The translations under genes were made by a program, and so were the position numbers. DNA of 64,000 bases from Pseudomonadota bacterium (lineage in GTDB: Bacteria > Myxococcota > JACRCW01 > JAFGSX01): NCBI GenBank assembly GCA_043821645.1, contig JBDRCO010000087.1, positions 192,001 through 256,000 on the forward strand, given 5' to 3'. The notes beneath the pieces were generated by a model. That model was not told where the DNA came from, ran no database searches, and worked only from the letters and a program-made list of their open reading frames with translations. Positions 1-9,891 of this stretch are shown piece after piece. Positions within the stretch are counted from its first letter, which is position 1; each line of letters starts with the position of its first letter.

Positions 1-44
1 ACGCTCACCGTGACGTATTGCCAGTAGGCACGCCGGGCCGGCGG

Positions 45-2369
45 TCAGCTCGTCTGGGGCAGAGCGTCGAGCGCCGCGAGTACGGCCTCGGGCGTGAAGG
101 GGGTCTTGCGCAGGCGGATGCCGCAGGCGTCGAAGATGGCGTTGCTGATGGCCGGGCAGGCGCCGTTGATGTTGATCTCGCTGACGCTCTTGGCGCCGTA
201 GGGGCCCGTGGGCTCGACCGTGGGCACCAGGATGGTGACCAGCTCGGGCATGTCGTTGGCGGCCATGATGCGGTAGCCATCGAAGGTGCCGTTGAGCACC
301 TTGCCCTTGTCGTTGAAGATGAAGCGCTCGGTCAGGGCATAGCTGATGCCGTTGGCGACGGAGCCCTCGATCTGGCCCTCGGCCAGCTGCGGGTGCAGCG
401 CGCGGCCGCAGTCACAGGCCGCCACGTACTTCTTCACCCGCACCACGCCGGTTTCGGTATCCACATCGACTTCGGCGAAGTGGGCGGCAAAGGGCGGCGG
501 CGACTGGTGCGAGATGGCGCTCTCGGTGGCCGCGATCTGAAACTGGTCCGCCTCGTACAGGGTGCGGCTGCCGATGTCGCGCAGGCTGACCTGCTTGCCG
601 TCGGGACCGTGGCAGGCGCTGTCGGCCAGGGTGATCTGGCCCGGCTTGCAGCCCAGCACCTGGGCTGCCACCTGCTTGATCTGGGTCGCCACCTTGAGCG
701 CGGCGCGGCGCGCGGCCTCACCGGACAGGTAGGTGGTCGACGAGGCATAGGCGCCCACGTCGAAGGGCGTGACGTCGGTGTCGCTGGATAGCACGACGAA
801 GTGGCCGACGTCGGTGCCCAGAACCTCGGCGGCGATCTGCGCCAGCACCGTGTCCGAGCCTGTGCCCAGGTCGGTGGCGCCGGCCAGCAGGTTAAAGGAT
901 CCGTCCTCGTTCATCTTCAGTGAGACCGAGGCCATGTCGATCTCGGGGATGGACGAGCCCTGCATCAGTGCCGCCATGCCGATGCCGCGTTTGATGGGCC
1001 CCTTGCCTGGCTTTCCGCGCTTCTTCCAACCAATGGCCTTGGCGCCGAGCCTGATGCATTTGGTGAGCCCGCAGGAGCGGATGATCTGCTCGACGCCGGC
1101 CTTGCCCTCGCCCAGCATGGCGAACACCGGCGAGCCCTCGCCCTTATTGATGTGGTGCTTCAGGCGCCACTCGAGAGGATCGATGCCGAGGTGCTGGCAG
1201 ATCTCGTCAACCTGAACCTCCTGGGCAAAAGAGGCCTGGGTGCCGCCGTAGCCGCGGTAGGCACCGCCCACGGGAAGGTTGGTGTAGACGGTGGTTCCGC
1301 GAAAAGCCACGGTGTCGCGGTGGTACAGGGGCAAGGTCTTGGAGCCGCAGTTGGTCAGCACCGTGAGCCCGTGCGAGCCGTAGGCGCCGGTGTTGGACAG
1401 CACGGTCATGCGGGTGGCGACGAGCCGGCCATCATCCATGTAACCCTGCTCCAGGCGCACCGCCTGGGGATGACGCGTGCGTGAGCACACGGTCTCCTCG
1501 TAGCGGTTGAGCTCCAGCAGCACAGGGCGCCGGGCGGCCAGGGCCAGGGCCGCGACCATGGGCTCGAGCAGCACCTCCTGCTTGGCGCCGAAGCCGCCGC
1601 CGATGCGCGGCTTGATCACGCGAATTTGCCGCACGTCCAGGTTCAGCGCGCGCGCCGTGATGCGGCGGGCGTGAAAGGGCACCTGGGTCGAGGTGCGGAT
1701 GATGATGCGCCCCATGGGATCGACCCAGGCTGCGCACACGTGCGGCTCCAGCGGCGCGTGCTGGCCGTAGTGCACCTCGTACTCGTGATCGATGCGCTGA
1801 TCGGCCCGGGCCAGGGCCGCGTCCACGTCTCCGGCGCTGACGTCGACGTGGGCGCACAGGTTGTGCTCGGGGTCGTATTCCACCGGGATGGGGATGGTGG
1901 CCTCGGGCTCGTCGTGGATGACGGGCGCGCCGGCGGCCTGGGCCTGGCGCATGTCGAGCACCGCAGGCAGGATCTCGTAGTCGACCTCGATCAGAGACAG
2001 TGCCCTGTCCGCGATGGCTGCAGTCTCCGCCGCCACCAGGGCCACGTGGTCACCCACGAAGCGAACCTTGCTGTCGAGGATGAAGGTGTCGTAGGGCGAG
2101 GGCTCGGGCGCGCCCTGGCCCGCGGTGGTGAAGGGGATGCGCGGGACGTCGTGATGGGTGAGCACGGCGTGCACGCCAGCCAGGGCCCGTGCCTTGGTGG
2201 CGTCGATGCGTCGGATGCGCGCGTGGGCGTGGGGGGAGCGCAGCACCTTGCCGATCAGGGTGCCCGCGGGCAGCTCGTCGGCGACGAACATGGGCGCGCC
2301 GCAGGCCAGGGCCATGGCGTCGAGCTTGGTGACCGAATGACCGATGACCTTGAGGGTGTTCGTGCTCAT
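45..2369 (-). CDS. Xanthine dehydrogenase family molybdopterin-binding large subunit (XdhD-like)
   Basis: Starts MSTNTLKVIGHSV at ATG 2369, overlapping the stop of the Fe-S subunit. Motifs STQVPF, GGGFGAK, GGAYRGYG, GAYASSTT, EGQIEG, GPYGAKSVSE. The ORF-track extension to 2882 is a shadow of the upstream gene. Confidence 0.92.
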   Translation of the reverse strand: MSTNTLKVIGHSVTKLDAMALACGAPMFVADELPAGTLIGKVLRSPHAHARIRRIDATKARALAGVHAVLTHHDVPRIPFTTAGQGAPEPSPYDTFILDSKVRFVGDHVALVAAETAAIADRALSLIEVDYEILPAVLDMRQAQAAGAPVIHDEPEATIPIPVEYDPEHNLCAHVDVSAGDVDAALARADQRIDHEYEVHYGQHAPLEPHVCAAWVDPMGRIIIRTSTQVPFHARRITARALNLDVRQIRVIKPRIGGGFGAKQEVLLEPMVAALALAARRPVLLELNRYEETVCSRTRHPQAVRLEQGYMDDGRLVATRMTVLSNTGAYGSHGLTVLTNCGSKTLPLYHRDTVAFRGTTVYTNLPVGGAYRGYGGTQASFAQEVQVDEICQHLGIDPLEWRLKHHINKGEGSPVFAMLGEGKAGVEQIIRSCGLTKCIRLGAKAIGWKKRGKPGKGPIKRGIGMAALMQGSSIPEIDMASVSLKMNEDGSFNLLAGATDLGTGSDTVLAQIAAEVLGTDVGHFVVLSSDTDVTPFDVGAYASSTTYLSGEAARRAALKVATQIKQVAAQVLGCKPGQITLADSACHGPDGKQVSLRDIGSRTLYEADQFQIAATESAISHQSPPPFAAHFAEVDVDTETGVVRVKKYVAACDCGRALHPQLAEGQIEGSVANGISYALTERFIFNDKGKVLNGTFDGYRIMAANDMPELVTILVPTVEPTGPYGAKSVSEININGACPAISNAIFDACGIRLRKTPFTPEAVLAALDALPQTS

Positions 2370-2830
2370 CGGGAACCTCCGCCGGTCACGACCTTCTCGA
2401 CCGCCTCGAACATCTTCACGTAGCCCGTGCAGCGGCACAGGTTGCCGTCCATGGCCTGGGCGATGTCGCCCCGCGTGGGCTTGTGGCTGCGGTCGAGCAG
2501 GGCCTTGGCCGACAGGATCGCCCCGGGTGTGCAGAAGCCACACTGTACGGCGCCGGCGTCGACGAAGGCTTGCTGCAGCGGGTGCGGCCTGTCCAGCGAC
2601 CCCAGACCCTCGATGGTGGTGATGTGACGTCCCTGCACCTGACCGGCCATGGTCATGCAGGCGTACACGGCCTGGCCGTCGACGAGCACGGTGCAGGCAC
2701 CGCACACACCCTCGTGGCAACCGGCCTTGACGCCCTGGTAGCCCTGGGCGCGCAGCACGTCGAGCAGGCAGGCATCCGCCGCGCAGTCCAGGCTGTGCGC
2801 CTGGCCGTTGATGGTGACATCGAGGATCAC
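2366..2830 (-). CDS. (2Fe-2S)-binding small subunit of xanthine dehydrogenase family
   Basis: GTG start (VILDVTINGQ). Motifs GCHEGVCGACTV, QCGFCTPG, GNLCRCTGY. 4-nt overlaps with both neighbours. Confidence 0.93.
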   Translation of the reverse strand: MILDVTINGQAHSLDCAADACLLDVLRAQGYQGVKAGCHEGVCGACTVLVDGQAVYACMTMAGQVQGRHITTIEGLGSLDRPHPLQQAFVDAGAVQCGFCTPGAILSAKALLDRSHKPTRGDIAQAMDGNLCRCTGYVKMFEAVEKVVTGGGSR

Positions 2831-3693
2831 TGGGCACCTCCGGCGGCAAGGCGGGCTCTGGCCACGGCGTCTTCGAGGGCACGCCGGATCTCGACCTGCA
2901 TCAGGCGCGCGCGCAGCGCGGGCGCCATTCGGATGTCGGGTGTGACGTGGACACCGGCCGCGGCGAGGGCGGCAGCCTCCTGGAGCAACGTGGGGGTCGG
3001 CTTGTGACCCTCGACGGTCTGCTCGGCGGCGGTCAACCGAAGCGGCCGCGGGCACACCGCACCGACGGCGATGCGTGCGCGCTTGCAGCGGTCGCCCTCG
3101 AGCTCGACGCAGGCTGCCACCGCGACCAGCGCATAGTCGACCTGGCTCTCGCGCAGGCGTCGGTACACGCCCCCGCACTGGCCGCCGTTGTAGGGCACGC
3201 TGACCCCGGTGATCAGGGCGCCCTGGGGCAGCACGCGCGTCGGATGCTCCTCGACCAGCGCGCGCATGGGCAGATCGCGCGGACCCGAGGGCGTCTCGAC
3301 GTGCACCAGGGCGTCGAGGGCGAGCAAGGCCACGGGCAGGTCGGCCCAGGACACGAGCTGCACCAGGTTGCCCCCCACGGTGATGGCGTTGCGCAGGGGT
3401 TCGGTGGCGATGCCGGCCGCGGCCTCAGAGAGCAGTCTGCCCTCGGCACCGGGCAGGTTGGCGCGGGCCAGCTCGGCCACGCGCGCTGCAGCGCCGATCA
3501 CGATGCGGTCCTCGCTGGCGCCGATCTGGCTCATGCCGCAGCGGGTCACATCGACCAGCAGGGTCGCTCCCCGGCGATTGCCGCGGATCAGTGCGGTGCC
3601 GCCACCGACGGGAATGGCCGGTCGCGACGGATCGCCAAGCAAGCCCACGGCTTCCTTGACGCTGCTGGGGTAGGCAAAGGACGCGATGGACAT
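2827..3693 (-). CDS. FAD-binding medium subunit of xanthine dehydrogenase family (YgfM/CoxM-like)
   Basis: Starts MSIASFAYPSSVKEA. Motifs GGGT, LRNAITVGGNL, ADLPVALLAL, ARIAVGAV. Confidence 0.9.
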   Translation of the reverse strand: MSIASFAYPSSVKEAVGLLGDPSRPAIPVGGGTALIRGNRRGATLLVDVTRCGMSQIGASEDRIVIGAAARVAELARANLPGAEGRLLSEAAAGIATEPLRNAITVGGNLVQLVSWADLPVALLALDALVHVETPSGPRDLPMRALVEEHPTRVLPQGALITGVSVPYNGGQCGGVYRRLRESQVDYALVAVAACVELEGDRCKRARIAVGAVCPRPLRLTAAEQTVEGHKPTPTLLQEAAALAAAGVHVTPDIRMAPALRARLMQVEIRRALEDAVARARLAAGGAQ

Positions 3694-3863
3694 GTCGTTC
3701 ACCTCGCAGGAACAAACGCCTTGCAGGATGCAGTGGCACACAGTTTTTCGAGGAGGAACGCGTCCTTGTCAACTGTCGGGGCACAGGAGCGATTCAGCCA
3801 GGCGAAGCCGGGCTCTCCACGACGCCCCGCGCGAGCTCGTGGGGTGCTGAGGTCGGCGCCCAG

Positions 3864-5252
3864 CTACGGCAGAGTGCGCACCGGACGGAACCCGAGATCG
3901 CTGAAGTGGTTCCCGGGCGCGCGGTGATTGCGGAACGCTGCGCGCGCGTACTGCGCCGCCTGAAGGGCCGAGCCGCCGCGGGTCAAACGCCCGGTGCCCG
4001 TACCGTCGGTGGGCGGTCCCCAGGGATCGAGGGATATTTGAGGGTCGATGGCTCCCCACCAGTCCTGACACCACTCGAACACACTGCCCAGCATGTCGTG
4101 CAGACCGAAGCCATTGGGTAGAAGCTGCCCCGCCGGGTGCAGGCTCAAGCCGCTGTTGCCGCAGACCCAGGCCACGGGATCGAGCACGGGGTTCGGAAAC
4201 TCACAGTCCAGCAGCGTGGCGTCGAGGTCACCATTGTAAGTGGCGGTGGTGGTTCCGGCCCGTGCGGCGTACTCCCACTCGGCCTCGGTGGGCAATCTGT
4301 AGCCCGTGCAGACGTAGGGGCTCGACCACATCGGATCGAGGTCGCACACCACGGTGGCCCCGGTACTGCCGCAGGCGTAGCACGGCGCCCTTTCCTGGGA
4401 CGTGGACAGGGCGTTGCAGTAGGCCGCGGCTTGGTGCCAGGTGACGTGGTTGACCGGGCAGCTTGCGCAGCTGGTGATGCCTGCAGGGCTGTAGTGCATC
4501 AGGCCCTCGAACTCGCCCCGGGTCAGCTCGGTGCTGCGCATCACGAAGCTGTGGCTCAAGGTCACGCTGTGCAGGACCTCGCCACCGGGTGCCCAGCGCC
4601 CCGCCTCGGAATCATCGGATCCCATCGTGAACTGGCCAGCAGGCACGGTGACCCAAGTGGGTCGCGCGGCGTCCTCTGCCGTTGCAGCGTCGAGAACCGG
4701 GCCGGAATCGATCGGTGGACCGGTGTCGGGTGCGGGGGCTGAATCGATCGCCAGACCCGCATCGAGAATCAGCGCCGCGTCCTCCACGGCCACAGCGTCC
4801 GCACGTACGTTGCCATCCTGGGCCTCCAGCACATCCCACGCTCCGTTGGCGGCATCGGTCAGGTCCCGGCCATCTTCATCGGAAATCCATCCATCCCGAA
4901 GGGTGCTGTCCGGTGTCTCGACGTCGTGGCGCAGACCCGCGTCCTCGGGCGGCAGGGCCACGTCCACCACCGTCAGATCTCCGGGACCGGCATCGGACGC
5001 AGCATCGGTGCTCGTGCCATCGAGGCTTCCACCCTCGACCGCGCCAGGCCAGGTGCAGTAGCCATGGGGTTGTGCACAGAACAGGCCCTCGGGACAGTCC
5101 GCCTGGCGACCACAAGGAGTCACGGTGAGGGGAGGACGGCAGGACGTCGCCGCGATGGTCAGAACGACCAGGTGCAGGCAGGCGCGTGCCCGCACCGTGG
5201 ACGGCCCGCCAAGCACCCCAGGCTGGATGCGCCGGTTCAACATGGACGCCAC
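3864..5252 (-). CDS. Lipoprotein with Asp/Ala-rich linker and C-terminal formylglycine-generating-enzyme (SUMF1) domain
   Basis: Lipobox-like AATSC. FGE motifs FTMGS, PVNHVTWHQAAAYC, RLPTEAEWEYAARAG, NGFGLHDMLG, GFRPVR. Start may be 5243. Confidence 0.85.
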   Translation of the reverse strand: MASMLNRRIQPGVLGGPSTVRARACLHLVVLTIAATSCRPPLTVTPCGRQADCPEGLFCAQPHGYCTWPGAVEGGSLDGTSTDAASDAGPGDLTVVDVALPPEDAGLRHDVETPDSTLRDGWISDEDGRDLTDAANGAWDVLEAQDGNVRADAVAVEDAALILDAGLAIDSAPAPDTGPPIDSGPVLDAATAEDAARPTWVTVPAGQFTMGSDDSEAGRWAPGGEVLHSVTLSHSFVMRSTELTRGEFEGLMHYSPAGITSCASCPVNHVTWHQAAAYCNALSTSQERAPCYACGSTGATVVCDLDPMWSSPYVCTGYRLPTEAEWEYAARAGTTTATYNGDLDATLLDCEFPNPVLDPVAWVCGNSGLSLHPAGQLLPNGFGLHDMLGSVFEWCQDWWGAIDPQISLDPWGPPTDGTGTGRLTRGGSALQAAQYARAAFRNHRAPGNHFSDLGFRPVRTLP

Positions 5253-5318
5253 GAGTGTAGCAGACTTCGCGCTGGAGAGCGGGCCGGGGTCTCGCTGCGG
5301 CGAGGGGCGGACAGGCTG

Positions 5319-6500
5319 CTAGAACCGATACGCCAGTCCCGCGTAAAAAGCCGAGGCCTTGACCAGATCGGCTATGGCGACCTTCTCGTTGGGGGCGTGC
5401 GCCAGCACCTCGTTGCCCGGGCCGAAGCCGATGCAGGGGATGTCGTACACGCCGCGAATGGTCACGCCGTTGGTCGAGAAGGTCCACTTGTCGACGACAG
5501 GCGGCTCTCCGAACAGCTCGAGGTAGGCACCGACGGCAGCCTGCACCGCCGGGTGGTCTTGTTCGAGTTTCCAGGTCGGGTAGTACTTCTCCATGCCGTA
5601 GCGGCGGCCGGTGTAGGCGGTCTCCTCGTACTGCAGCACCTCGACGGTGGCGGGCAGGTCCTTCACGATGGCCTGGATCTCGGCCACGGCGCTGTCCTTG
5701 GTCTCGCCCCAGGTGAGGCGGCGGTCCAGGTGGATGCGCGCGCTGTCGGCGACGGCACACAGCGACGGCGAGCCCGACACGATCTCGCTCACGGTGACGC
5801 TGCCCTTGCCCAGGAAGTCGTCATGCGCCAGGCGCTCGTTGAGCTTCTCGATCTCGAGGCACGCCCGGGAGGCCATGTAGATGGCGTTCTTGCCGCGCTC
5901 CGGAGCGCTGCCGTGCGACGACACGCCCGAGAAGTGGACCCGGATCTCCATGCGCCCGCGGTGGCCGCGGTAGATCTGGCAGCGCGTGGGCTCGGTGCTG
6001 ACCACGAGGTCGGGCTTCAGGCCTTCTTCCTCGACGATGTACTTCCAGCACAGACCGTCGCAGTCCTCCTCCATCACGCTGCCCACGAAGTAGACGCTGA
6101 GGTCGCGGTCCAGACCCAGCTCCTTGAGTACCCGCCCCGTCGTCACGAAGGCTGCCGGGCCGCCCTCCTGGTCCACCGTGCCTCGGCCGTGCACCCAGCC
6201 GTCCTCGATGGCTCCCGAGAAGGGGTCGCGCTCCCAGTTGGCGCGGTTGCCCACGTCCACGGTGTCCATGTGCCCGTCGAAGGCGAGGATGCGCTTGCCC
6301 TGGCCGACGCGGCCGATGACGTTGCCGAGGCCGTCGATGCGCACCTCGTCAAAGCCCACGTCGCGCATCTGCCTGGCCAGCTCGGCCTGCACATCTTTTT
6401 CCTGGCACGACAGGGACTTGATCTGCACCAGCTTCGACAGCTGGCGGGCGGTGTCGTCACGGTACTTCTCGCACAGTTCCAGGATGCGCTTGGGGTCCAT
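5319..6500 (-). CDS. ygeY: YgeY-family M20 metallohydrolase (selenium/purine-metabolism associated)
   Basis: Motifs DGLGNVIG, FDGHMDTV, GRGTVDQEGG, MEEDCDGLCW, YRGHRGRMEI, KWTFSTNG, AHAPNE, all typical of the YgeY subfamily. Confidence 0.88.
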   Translation of the reverse strand: MDPKRILELCEKYRDDTARQLSKLVQIKSLSCQEKDVQAELARQMRDVGFDEVRIDGLGNVIGRVGQGKRILAFDGHMDTVDVGNRANWERDPFSGAIEDGWVHGRGTVDQEGGPAAFVTTGRVLKELGLDRDLSVYFVGSVMEEDCDGLCWKYIVEEEGLKPDLVVSTEPTRCQIYRGHRGRMEIRVHFSGVSSHGSAPERGKNAIYMASRACLEIEKLNERLAHDDFLGKGSVTVSEIVSGSPSLCAVADSARIHLDRRLTWGETKDSAVAEIQAIVKDLPATVEVLQYEETAYTGRRYGMEKYYPTWKLEQDHPAVQAAVGAYLELFGEPPVVDKWTFSTNGVTIRGVYDIPCIGFGPGNEVLAHAPNEKVAIADLVKASAFYAGLAYRF

Positions 6501-6518
6501 GCTGTCCTCGTTCGTTGC

Positions 6519-7757
6519 TCAGTCGTTGCGAAACAGGTCCTCGACCCGTGCCGGGTCCGGTGACACCGCGCGCAGCTCGTCCATGCGGCCGAGCACGGCG
6601 TTCACGTCCTTGAGCCCGCTGCCCGTGACCAGCACCACCACCTCGCTGTCGGGCGAGATCAGACCCTCGGCCACTGCTTTCTTGAGCCCGGCCCAAGGTG
6701 TCGCGCCCGCGGGCTCGGCGAACACTCCGGAGCCCCGGGCCAGCTCGGGGATGGCGTCCAGGATGGCCTCGTCGTCGACGGTGATGGCCAGGCCCTGACT
6801 GTCGCGGATCGCCTGCACCGCGGCCTCGCCGTCGCGCGGCAGGCTGACCGAGATGGAGTCGGCCACGGTCTGTCCCGACACCGGCTGCAGGGGCTGCCCG
6901 GAGCGAAAGCTGTCGACGATGGCGGCGCTGCCCGTGGCCTGCACCGCGAGCAGCCGCGGCACGCGCTCGATGAGACCGAGCTGCCGCAGGTCGTCAAAGC
7001 CCTTGGCCACGCCGGACAGGATGTTGCCATCGCCCACGGCCACGGCCACCACGTCGGGGACGCTCCAGCCACGCTGCTCGGCGATCTCGTAGCTCACGGT
7101 CTTCTTGCCCTCGCGGGTGAAGGGGTTGAAGCCGGTGTTGCGGTTGTACCAGCCAAAGCGATCGCAGGCTGCCAGGCACAGGTCAAAGGCCTGGTCGTAG
7201 GTGCCGTCGACGGCGATGACCTCGGCGCCAAAGGCCACCAGCTGGGCGATCTTCGCCCGCGGAGCCGCCGCCGGGATGAAGATGCGTGCGCGCAGGCCGT
7301 TGACCGCGGCCAGGGTGGCGGTCGACGAGGCCGCGTTGCCAGTGGAGGCGCCGACGACGAGATCGTGACCCGTTTCCCGCGCCCGCTGCAGAGCCACGGC
7401 GCTGGCGCGATCCTTGAGCGAGGCCGAGGGGTTCTTGCCGTCGTCCTTGATCTGCACCCGGCGCAGGCTCAGCTCCGAGGCCAGGCGCGGCGCCTCGACC
7501 AGGGGCGTCCAGCCCACGGGTGGGCCCTGCAATCTGTCCTGCAGCGGCAACATGGCCGCGTAGCGCCAGATGCTGCGCTCGGGGTTGCGGGCCAGGGTCT
7601 CTCGCGTCAGCACGCGCGCGGCGCGGGCGTGGTCATAGCGCAGCTGCAGGTTGCCCCCGCAGGCTGCGCACACGGGCACGTCGCGGCGCAGCTCGCAGTG
7701 CTCGCCGCAGCGCACGCAGCTCAGATCCACGACGTGGTCGAGGCCGCTCACCGTCAC
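6519..7757 (-). CDS. Threonine-synthase-like PLP-dependent enzyme (fold type II) with N-terminal zinc ribbon
   Basis: CxxC...CxxC N-terminus, GWTPL, NPSASLKDR (PLP Lys), ASTGNA, EGKKT, VGDGN, FAEPAGA, TGSGLKD. GTGA overlap with carbamate kinase. Confidence 0.85.
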   Translation of the reverse strand: MTVSGLDHVVDLSCVRCGEHCELRRDVPVCAACGGNLQLRYDHARAARVLTRETLARNPERSIWRYAAMLPLQDRLQGPPVGWTPLVEAPRLASELSLRRVQIKDDGKNPSASLKDRASAVALQRARETGHDLVVGASTGNAASSTATLAAVNGLRARIFIPAAAPRAKIAQLVAFGAEVIAVDGTYDQAFDLCLAACDRFGWYNRNTGFNPFTREGKKTVSYEIAEQRGWSVPDVVAVAVGDGNILSGVAKGFDDLRQLGLIERVPRLLAVQATGSAAIVDSFRSGQPLQPVSGQTVADSISVSLPRDGEAAVQAIRDSQGLAITVDDEAILDAIPELARGSGVFAEPAGATPWAGLKKAVAEGLISPDSEVVVLVTGSGLKDVNAVLGRMDELRAVSPDPARVEDLFRND

Positions 7758-8704
7758 GGCACGATCCAGGTGCCGGTCTCGCCGGCCATGGCGCGCTCGA
7801 GGTTGGGGGGATCGGTGAGCAGGGCCTGCTTGCCGCTGGCCTCGACGAACTCGATCATGGCCTGGATCTTGGGCAGCATGCTACCGGGCTTGAAATGGCC
7901 CTCGGTGATGTATTGCCTCGCCTCGGCCAGGGTCATGCGGTCCACGGCGCGTTGCTGTGGCGTTCCAAAGTTCACGAAGACCTGCTCGACGGCGGTGGAG
8001 ATGACCAGCAGGTCCGCACCGAGCTGCTGCGCCAGCAGGCCGGTCGCAAAATCCTTGTCGATGACGGCGTCGACTCCGTGCAGGTGTGATTGCCTGTCCA
8101 GGGTCACGGGAATGCCGCCACCCCCCACCGCCACCACCACGAAGCCCGCCTCGATGAGCGTGCGGATGGCGTCGAGTTCCATGATCTCGACAGGCCGCGG
8201 CGAGGCCACCACGCGGCGGTAACCGCGGCCCGCGTCCTCGACCACGTTCCAGCCTTCTTGCGTGCGACGCTTCTCCGCGGTGGCCGCGTCCATGAAGGTG
8301 CCAATGGGCTTGCTGGGCTTGGCAAAGGCCGGGTCTGCGCTGTCGACGCGCACCTGGGTGACCACCGTGACGACGCGAGGTGGCACGGGCCAGCCGTGAC
8401 ACTCGTTGTGAAAGGCCTGCTGGATCTGGTAGCCGATGGCGCCCTGGGTATCGGCGCCGCAGGAATCCAGGGGTACCAGGTGCAGCTCGTGGGCGGCCAG
8501 CTCGCTGCGCCGAAGGATGAAGCCGACCTGGGGACCGTTGCCGTGGGTGATGACCACGCGGTGGCCCTCGCGGATCAGGGGCGCGATGTGCTCGCAGGTC
8601 TCGTGCACGGCCTGGTACTGGTCGGGCACCGTGCGATGTGCCTCGTCCTTGATCAGGGAATTGCCGCCAATGGCCAGGATGATGAGCTTCTTGTCAGCCG
8701 GCAC
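7754..8704 (-). CDS. arcC: Carbamate kinase
   Basis: GTG start (MPADKKLIILAIGGNSL). Motifs THGNGPQVG, PSKPIG, GYRRVVASP, GGGGIPV, AVIDKD, GSMLPK. Confidence 0.95.
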   Translation of the reverse strand: MPADKKLIILAIGGNSLIKDEAHRTVPDQYQAVHETCEHIAPLIREGHRVVITHGNGPQVGFILRRSELAAHELHLVPLDSCGADTQGAIGYQIQQAFHNECHGWPVPPRVVTVVTQVRVDSADPAFAKPSKPIGTFMDAATAEKRRTQEGWNVVEDAGRGYRRVVASPRPVEIMELDAIRTLIEAGFVVVAVGGGGIPVTLDRQSHLHGVDAVIDKDFATGLLAQQLGADLLVISTAVEQVFVNFGTPQQRAVDRMTLAEARQYITEGHFKPGSMLPKIQAMIEFVEASGKQALLTDPPNLERAMAGETGTWIVP

Positions 8705-8838
8705 GCGTCCTCCTCGCCCCCCGCACCTGGCAGCGTCGCACGTCCGGGGCCACCCGCCGCGCACCGGGGTGGGGGAGGGTGCGGTGCGACGTCACCGCGC
8801 CGCGCAGCCTAGCAGAAACAGGTTGACGACAGGAACTA

Positions 8839-9672
8839 TCAGCGCAGCAGGAAGCCACGCATGGCGCTGCCGAAGAGGCCGCCGTGGGTTGGCGTCTGCA
8901 TGCGCTGGCCGGTGGCTCCAGCTTCGGCCATGCGCGTCGCTCGCAGCTCGGCCTGGATGCGTTCTTTTTCCCGCGCCATGACGTCGTCGTGGCGGGCGCC
9001 ACCCTTGGTGAAGAACTCCAGGATTTTGTTCAGCTCGTCGGCGTCGAACCACACCCCGTGCTGGCGGCAGATGTCGACGATCACGCCGCTCTTGCGGGCG
9101 TAGTTGACGGGATTCATCATCGTCCCGCAGCTCGGGCAGGGGATGTAGGCGGCGGCGTTCTGGCCCAGGCGCTCGCGCATCTCCTCGGGCTTGGCCACCT
9201 GCACGTCGCGGGTGAGGGCGGGTTCCAGCCGGCGCGGCACGTCGTGGTAGATCTGCTCCAGCACGTCGTGAACGATCCACATGCCCAGGCACTCGGCGCA
9301 GACCTCCACCGGGTACTGGGCGCAGGTCTGGGCGAACAGGGGTACCTTGCAGCGCGGGCAGTCATGGGCCGTGGCGCTGGCCATCTCGGTGCTCATGGGC
9401 CGCAGCGTCTCGCCGCACTGGTCGCAGAACTTGGCCTCCTCGCGCACCGCAGCGGCGCAGCGTGGGCACGCCCGGCGCGACAGCATGGTGTGGCAAAAGT
9501 TGCAGCGTCCGAGGCGTGGATCCGCGGTGCCGCCACAGGACGGGCAGCGCACGGCCTCGATCACGTGGGCCGGCACGGTCAGCAGGTTGTGGCAGCGGCA
9601 CTGCACGCGGGTTCCCTCGGGGTAGGAGCGCACGTCGTACTGCAGCTTGCACTTCTCACAGGCGATGATCAT
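8839..9672 (-). CDS. Multi-zinc-ribbon protein (double zinc ribbon plus two zf-TFIIB-like fingers)
   Basis: About ten Cys/His knuckles. CPRC..CAECLGMW and CPSC..CRQHGVWFDADEL match TFIIB-type fingers. GAGG RBS before ATG 9672. Confidence 0.75.
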   Translation of the reverse strand: MIIACEKCKLQYDVRSYPEGTRVQCRCHNLLTVPAHVIEAVRCPSCGGTADPRLGRCNFCHTMLSRRACPRCAAAVREEAKFCDQCGETLRPMSTEMASATAHDCPRCKVPLFAQTCAQYPVEVCAECLGMWIVHDVLEQIYHDVPRRLEPALTRDVQVAKPEEMRERLGQNAAAYIPCPSCGTMMNPVNYARKSGVIVDICRQHGVWFDADELNKILEFFTKGGARHDDVMAREKERIQAELRATRMAEAGATGQRMQTPTHGGLFGSAMRGFLLR

Positions 9673-9891
9673 GGCCGACCTCGTGAAGCAGTCCGAGGTC
9701 ATGGTACCCGGTCCACGCTCTCACCTTCAATGCATTGGCCGTGAAAGCCCTATCCCCCGGCCTATCGAGGCGGCAAGGTTCCTGGTTCACGGACAGCGCT
9801 CTTTCATTGACAGGTGAGGTGCCGCCGCGTAGGAAGGGCGCTTCGTTTTCATCCCGGATGCAGATCCGCGATGTGCAAGGAGGGTCTGATC

